Source of the DNA: a virus
Taxonomy: Duplodnaviria; Caudoviricetes
Length of the DNA stretch: 59,403 nucleotides
Strand: one strand, 5' to 3'
IMG/VR virus record: IMGVR_UViG_3300032297_000320
Coordinates: 1-59,403 of that record
A program made the position numbers and the translations under genes. The notes under the pieces were generated by a model. That model was not told the DNA's origin and made no database searches. It saw nothing but the letters and a program-made list of their open reading frames with translations. Shown here one piece after another: positions 55,404-59,403 of this stretch. Within the stretch, counting starts at the first letter, position 1. Each line of letters begins with the position of its first letter.

Positions 55404-56005
55404 AAGACTACAGCGACAACCCAATCGATATCCGACTTCAGAACTGTACTGAGTGCGGACAAGAGTTCGATCAGGACAACGACTACTACGAGTACAACGC
55501 CAAGGATGAAATCATCTGCAGTGACTGCTACTCTTCTCACTGGGATAGTGCGGTGAGCGTATACGAATACGACCCTGAGTACGAGAACCTTAGCCGCATT
55601 GAGTACTCCTATACTCTAGAAAAGCACCGAGACTACGAGAACTACGACCCGTACGACGGCCCACCTCAGTGCATCAAGAAAGCCGAATGGAAGCGAATAG
55701 ACGGATGGAGAGGATACGTTGATGTAGAGATTGCCGATGGCTTCACCTGCGTTGCCGAAGGATGGTCTACCGATATGTACGATGATGTCAAGTGGAAGTG
55801 GGACTTCAACGAGTTTGTTGACAAAGTACACTCAGGAGAACTTGTACCGCCAGTCGAGACATTCTTCATCTTCGCTCAGACGAGCAACGTATTTTCTACT
55901 GCCGCACAGCTTGTGGTACGTACGCACCAAGAGAACACATTCCTGAACTGGTTGGCTGATCAGGCAGGGCTTACTAAAGAACAACTTCAAAACGCACTAC
56001 GATGA
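55400..56005 (+). CDS. Hypothetical protein with an N-terminal Zn-finger
   Basis: CTEC...CSDC; DGWRGY. Confidence 0.7.
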   Translation: MKDYSDNPIDIRLQNCTECGQEFDQDNDYYEYNAKDEIICSDCYSSHWDSAVSVYEYDPEYENLSRIEYSYTLEKHRDYENYDPYDGPPQCIKKAEWKRIDGWRGYVDVEIADGFTCVAEGWSTDMYDDVKWKWDFNEFVDKVHSGELVPPVETFFIFAQTSNVFSTAAQLVVRTHQENTFLNWLADQAGLTKEQLQNALR

Positions 56006-56208
56006 AAAACGGAATCTACATTGAACTAACTGAGTCGCTATCTTGGTCAGTTGACAACGACAACTATATGCTAACAGCAATGTTTTCGAGCTCGGAGGGG
56101 GACACAGTCATTGACTTCCCCCTTCACGAAGACTTCCTTGACTTTGCTTTGGCTTATGTCGAACAATACAAGAGACACATCAACAACAAAATCAACAATG
56201 AGTTATGA
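56002..56208 (+). CDS. hypothetical protein
   Basis: ATGA-coupled. Confidence 0.55.
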   Translation: MKNGIYIELTESLSWSVDNDNYMLTAMFSSSEGDTVIDFPLHEDFLDFALAYVEQYKRHINNKINNEL

Positions 56209-56342
56209 ATCGCAAGAAAACAAACGAGGAGTTCGGTGAGGTCTTTGACCTACTTGTTGAAAAAGCTATGTCGTTTCTGCAGGTGATTATTTTCGCTAAC
56301 ATTGTAGTGTTAATAGTGGCGCAGATACTCAAAGCATTATAA
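56205..56342 (+). CDS. Small membrane protein (45 aa)
   Basis: Hand-translated; C-terminal hydrophobic helix VIIFANIVVLIVAQIL. Confidence 0.5.
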   Translation: MNRKKTNEEFGEVFDLLVEKAMSFLQVIIFANIVVLIVAQILKAL

Positions 56343-56344
56343 TT

Positions 56345-56659
56345 ATGAAGATGACCTACGAATCATTCACCTCAACAACCTTCCGCATAAAGTTCTGCAT
56401 TGGCTCAGAGCGTGCGGAGGTAACGATCGAACCACTTGTCGATGACGAGTGGGTTACCACCTACGTGGGAAACGAGTGCTACGATGTTAACCTTTGGCTG
56501 GATGATAACGTAGGCAAGGATCAGGAAGGGCTTGTGCGCTTTGGTGTGTACCACGTCAAGCCCGACCCTGACAACTCCCCAGATGGGATGTGGATTACCG
56601 ACAGCAAGGTGGTCTGCAGTAGCGACTGTCCGGGATCTCAGATTGATATTTGCTGTTAA
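56345..56659 (+). CDS. hypothetical protein
   Basis: Tightly packed ORF. Confidence 0.6.
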   Translation: MKMTYESFTSTTFRIKFCIGSERAEVTIEPLVDDEWVTTYVGNECYDVNLWLDDNVGKDQEGLVRFGVYHVKPDPDNSPDGMWITDSKVVCSSDCPGSQIDICC

Positions 56660-56686
56660 TAACTTTATTTTTAATTCAACCAAAAA

Positions 56687-56719
56687 ACTTGCAAGTCTCG
56701 AGAACGAGCGCTAACTTCG
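56687..56719 (+). promoter_or_regulatory. Promoter (ACTTG-N20-TAACTTCG)
   Basis: Conserved spacing and TCTCG element. Confidence 0.6.
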
Positions 56720-56757
56720 CTTAGCTCAAGAGCGCAAGAGAAACCAAAATGATAACT

Positions 56758-56889
56758 ATGAGCGAGCACTTTCAGTCACTAGTAGAGTTCTACGTGCTAC
56801 GGATTAGCGCGATGGAGGCGGCCCTCAAAGCCGCCGAGTCAGAGCGCGATGCCCTGCTAGAACAGCTTATGGAGCGTAAGGCTTCCTGA
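56758..56889 (+). CDS. Small coiled-coil protein (43 aa)
   Basis: Hand-translated MSEHFQSLVEFYVLRISAMEAAL... Confidence 0.45.
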   Translation: MSEHFQSLVEFYVLRISAMEAALKAAESERDALLEQLMERKAS

Positions 56890-56950
56890 CGCTACGTTAC
56901 CGAGCGCAATCCAGGCGCACTATGTCCAACCCGAAACAACCAATGAAACA

Positions 56951-57073
56951 ATGAGAGAACAGTTTATGAGGATAGCTATGGCTAGATTACGTGCCGACTA
57001 TCCGTTCCGACTACAACGTATTGCTGTTGCCGCGAAGATGTGGAGCAGGTATGTTGAAAGAAAACAGCAATAA
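56951..57073 (+). CDS. Small basic protein (40 aa)
   Basis: Hand-translated MREQFMRIAMARLRADYPFRLQRIAVAAKMW... Confidence 0.55.
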   Translation: MREQFMRIAMARLRADYPFRLQRIAVAAKMWSRYVERKQQ

Positions 57074-57075
57074 AT

Positions 57076-57108
57076 ACTTGCATATCAGCAAGATTGCTGT
57101 TATATTTG
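57076..57108 (+). promoter_or_regulatory. Promoter of the recombination operon (ACTTG-N20-TATATTTG)
   Basis: Consensus Bacteroidota -33/-7 elements before the ERF gene. Confidence 0.75.
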
Positions 57109-57130
57109 TCCAACAATTCAATTCACTACA

Positions 57131-57733
57131 ATGAAAGAACAAACGTTCCAACAGCGACTGATTAATGTTCAGTCGCGACTGAAGGCTCACAAGTCTCAGT
57201 ACAATTCGTTTGGTAAGTACTCTTACCGCAACCAAGAGGATATCCTCGAGGCAGTCAAGCCTCTGCTCGCAGAGAACGGACTGACTATGACCATCTCAGA
57301 TGAAATCCTTGGCGATGCATTTGCTAACTCGATGTTGATTATCAAAGCTGTTGTTACCATCAGCGACGGAGAGAACAGCATTGCGGCTTCCGCTTGTGCA
57401 GGTATTGATCCGAACCGCAAGGGTATGGACATCGCCCAATCATTCGGTGCCTCTTCTTCGTATGCTCGTAAGTATGCGCTGAATGGTTTGCTGTTGATTG
57501 ACGATACCAAAGATGCTGATGCTACAAATACTCACGGCAAGGACGCTCCGGCTTCGATGCCTACGGCGAAGCCAGCGTCCGTTGCCCCACCAAAGGACGA
57601 TATGTTTCAGAAGGCTGTTGACCGAATGAAAGAGGTCGGGACGAAAGCCAAGTATGATGAGATTATTGCAGCTATCGGGACCCAGTTGTCTGAGGCACAG
57701 CGTAACGCGCTGAGCAAATTCATCAAGAAGTAA
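57131..57733 (+). CDS. erf: ERF-family single-strand annealing recombinase
   Basis: FGKYSYRNQEDILEAVKPLL, AQSFGASSSYARKYALNGLL. Confidence 0.9.
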   Translation: MKEQTFQQRLINVQSRLKAHKSQYNSFGKYSYRNQEDILEAVKPLLAENGLTMTISDEILGDAFANSMLIIKAVVTISDGENSIAASACAGIDPNRKGMDIAQSFGASSSYARKYALNGLLLIDDTKDADATNTHGKDAPASMPTAKPASVAPPKDDMFQKAVDRMKEVGTKAKYDEIIAAIGTQLSEAQRNALSKFIKK

Positions 57734-58521
57734 TGAGTGAGATTGTCTTACTTGACGGCACGTCGTGGGAGTTGCCCACGCTGTTGGATGCAATGATGGA
57801 TGATGACTTCTACTATGGGTACCTAGGTAGCGCTTCACTATCATCTTCTTCTGACAAGTTGCTGAACGCAAGCCCGAAGGAGTACGCAAAGTCTTTGCGT
57901 GGCCATCAGCTTGAAACGTCTGCGCTTTCCGTAGGTAAACTAATTCACACGGCAGTCCTTGAACCAGAGAAGGTCGATAGCCTTTTCGTTACTGTTGACG
58001 TATCCACGAAGTCTACCAAGGCTTACAAGGAAGCAAAGCAACAGCTAAGCAAAGGACAGACACTACTTACAGCAAACGAGTACGACTCAGCAATGTATGT
58101 TGTTGACGCACTATTACGCAACGAAATAGTAAAGAATATGCTCAAGGGTGCAGAGTTCGAGAAACCTGCAATTGGTCACGTCGAGGGACTGCCTCACCGA
58201 GCCAAGGCTGATATCCTACACCCAGGTGTTGCAGTTTACGATTTGAAGACAACTTCAGAGATTTCTGGATTTAACTACAGCGCACGAAAGTATGGTTATC
58301 CCGCTCAAGTGTACATCTACTGCACGCTGTTTGGAATTGGCTACGAGAACTTTAAGTTCATCGCAGTCGATAAAGGTAGCAAGGACATCGGGGTCTTCTC
58401 CGTCTCCGAATCCTTCTACCTCGAGGGTAAGCGCCTAGTTGAGAATGCTGTTCGTATTTATACGGACTACTTCATCAACGGCGAAGATCTCGACACTTAC
58501 ATCATTTACGGAGAACTTTAA
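57733..58521 (+). CDS. Exonuclease VIII (RecE C-terminal/DUF3799)-like PD-(D/E)XK nuclease
   Basis: LSSS...G.LIH.AVLEP, RAKADI, DLKTT, YGY.AQ.YIY, FIAVDK. Confidence 0.85.
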   Translation: MSEIVLLDGTSWELPTLLDAMMDDDFYYGYLGSASLSSSSDKLLNASPKEYAKSLRGHQLETSALSVGKLIHTAVLEPEKVDSLFVTVDVSTKSTKAYKEAKQQLSKGQTLLTANEYDSAMYVVDALLRNEIVKNMLKGAEFEKPAIGHVEGLPHRAKADILHPGVAVYDLKTTSEISGFNYSARKYGYPAQVYIYCTLFGIGYENFKFIAVDKGSKDIGVFSVSESFYLEGKRLVENAVRIYTDYFINGEDLDTYIIYGEL

Positions 58522-58531
58522 TTCTAATTTT

Positions 58532-58813
58532 ATGTCAGAGAAGAGTAAAATCAATTACTTCGGTAGCGCATATCACAATGACTACCAAGGTCAATTCACT
58601 GGATACTCATTGGTTGTTTCACTCACTCAACTTGAGGACGCAAAAGCATTTGCTGGTCCTGATGGTCGTGTGAAAATCACCATCCGTCCAGGTAAACAAG
58701 ATCCTACGAAGCCATACGCTTCTATTGCTCCGCACACGCCAAAGCAAGATGGTCAGTCACAGAATGCTCAGTACAGCAAGCCTCAGGCTCAGAAAAGCGA
58801 TCTGCCGTTCTAA
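58532..58813 (+). CDS. Putative single-stranded DNA-binding protein
   Basis: C-terminal SDLPF tail; follows ERF and the exonuclease. Confidence 0.65.
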   Translation: MSEKSKINYFGSAYHNDYQGQFTGYSLVVSLTQLEDAKAFAGPDGRVKITIRPGKQDPTKPYASIAPHTPKQDGQSQNAQYSKPQAQKSDLPF

Positions 58814-59184
58814 TGTTTGAGACCTCGATTGCATACCTGCTATCGATGGAGTGGGGGAGGGAGATTTCATCTCCCCCTACCTCCTCCTTCTCAGTGAAGA
58901 GCGACAGCGGACCAGATGTTACGTTCCTGATTACACAAGCCAAGCTTGTAGGGTCCGACATCAAGTTTGTTCCGTTCTCCACACGACAAGAGTTTGTTGT
59001 TCTGTTTATTTGGGGCAAAGACGGAGACAACTGCGTTACTATACCAACAGCTAAAGTTCAAGACGAGCTACCAACTGGCGTAATCAGCGCGAAGAAGGTC
59101 GCCGAATCACTAATCCACAAGATCCGCATCAATGCCTCGTCCGATTTTCTACCTTCAGGTACTGATATCCTACACAAAGGGTAA
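58813..59184 (+). CDS. hypothetical protein
   Basis: TAATG-coupled. Confidence 0.6.
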   Translation: MFETSIAYLLSMEWGREISSPPTSSFSVKSDSGPDVTFLITQAKLVGSDIKFVPFSTRQEFVVLFIWGKDGDNCVTIPTAKVQDELPTGVISAKKVAESLIHKIRINASSDFLPSGTDILHKG

Positions 59185-59374
59185 GCAGAAGTTTAAGAAG
59201 GAGGAATGGGTTGTCACCAAGTACGAAACCGCAAGGGAGATAATGGTGAATGATGTTAAGACTATGGACAGCCTGAGAGACCGCATCTACGGATCGAACT
59301 ACAAGGGAGAGAAGACCATCGTAATTGTAAAGATTAACTCAAGCAAAATCGTAGGCTATGAAAGCAGACAATAA
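59132..59374 (+). CDS. hypothetical protein
   Basis: 80-aa basic ORF. Confidence 0.55.
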   Translation: MPRPIFYLQVLISYTKGKQKFKKEEWVVTKYETAREIMVNDVKTMDSLRDRIYGSNYKGEKTIVIVKINSSKIVGYESRQ

Positions 59375-59403
59375 GGAAGCAGGAAGCGATATGAAGTTCC
59401 TGT

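Noticed and set aside
58848-58885. gggagat-ttc-atctccc hairpin as a terminator
   Set aside because: Inside a coding region and lacks a U-tract
1-59403. Stop-codon reassignment as in some crAss-like phages
   Set aside because: Core genes are intact in code 11; TAA, TAG and TGA all end genes; no suppressor tRNA

Overview
Apparently near-complete (probably circularly permuted) ~59.4 kb genome of a tailed dsDNA phage of Bacteroidota. Host assignment is inferred from many TAnnTTTG promoters, a DLPF-ending SSB and AT-rich leaders without Shine-Dalgarno sites. The + strand carries small early genes (51971-57073), recombination genes (ERF, RecE-like nuclease, SSB) and replication/nucleotide genes (MazG, C5 methyltransferase, primase-helicase, RusA, glycosyltransferase, nrdB/nrdA; 2-8997). 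The - strand carries a podovirus/crAss-like virion and lysis module (M15 endolysin, terminase, portal, fibres, scaffold, major capsid protein, tail rings and nozzle, three ejection proteins including a 2646-aa LPD38-type protein, u-spanin; 9102-51023). I saw no DNA polymerase, integrase, tRNA or CRISPR array. The standout observation is two canonical type I hammerhead ribozymes (52708-52757, 53012-53065). They bracket a single AT-rich early gene and would generate identical 5' leaders, suggesting ribozyme-based mRNA processing, gene-cassette exchange and possibly a 308-nt circular RNA. Other highlights: an alternative-frame beta subunit nested in the C5 methyltransferase gene, an Ocr-like DNA mimic, apparent CATG avoidance, a candidate late antisense sRNA against early leaders, a peptide motif shared by three virion proteins, and an iteron/G4/Z-DNA non-coding region. 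All family calls come from motif recognition by eye; no searches were run.
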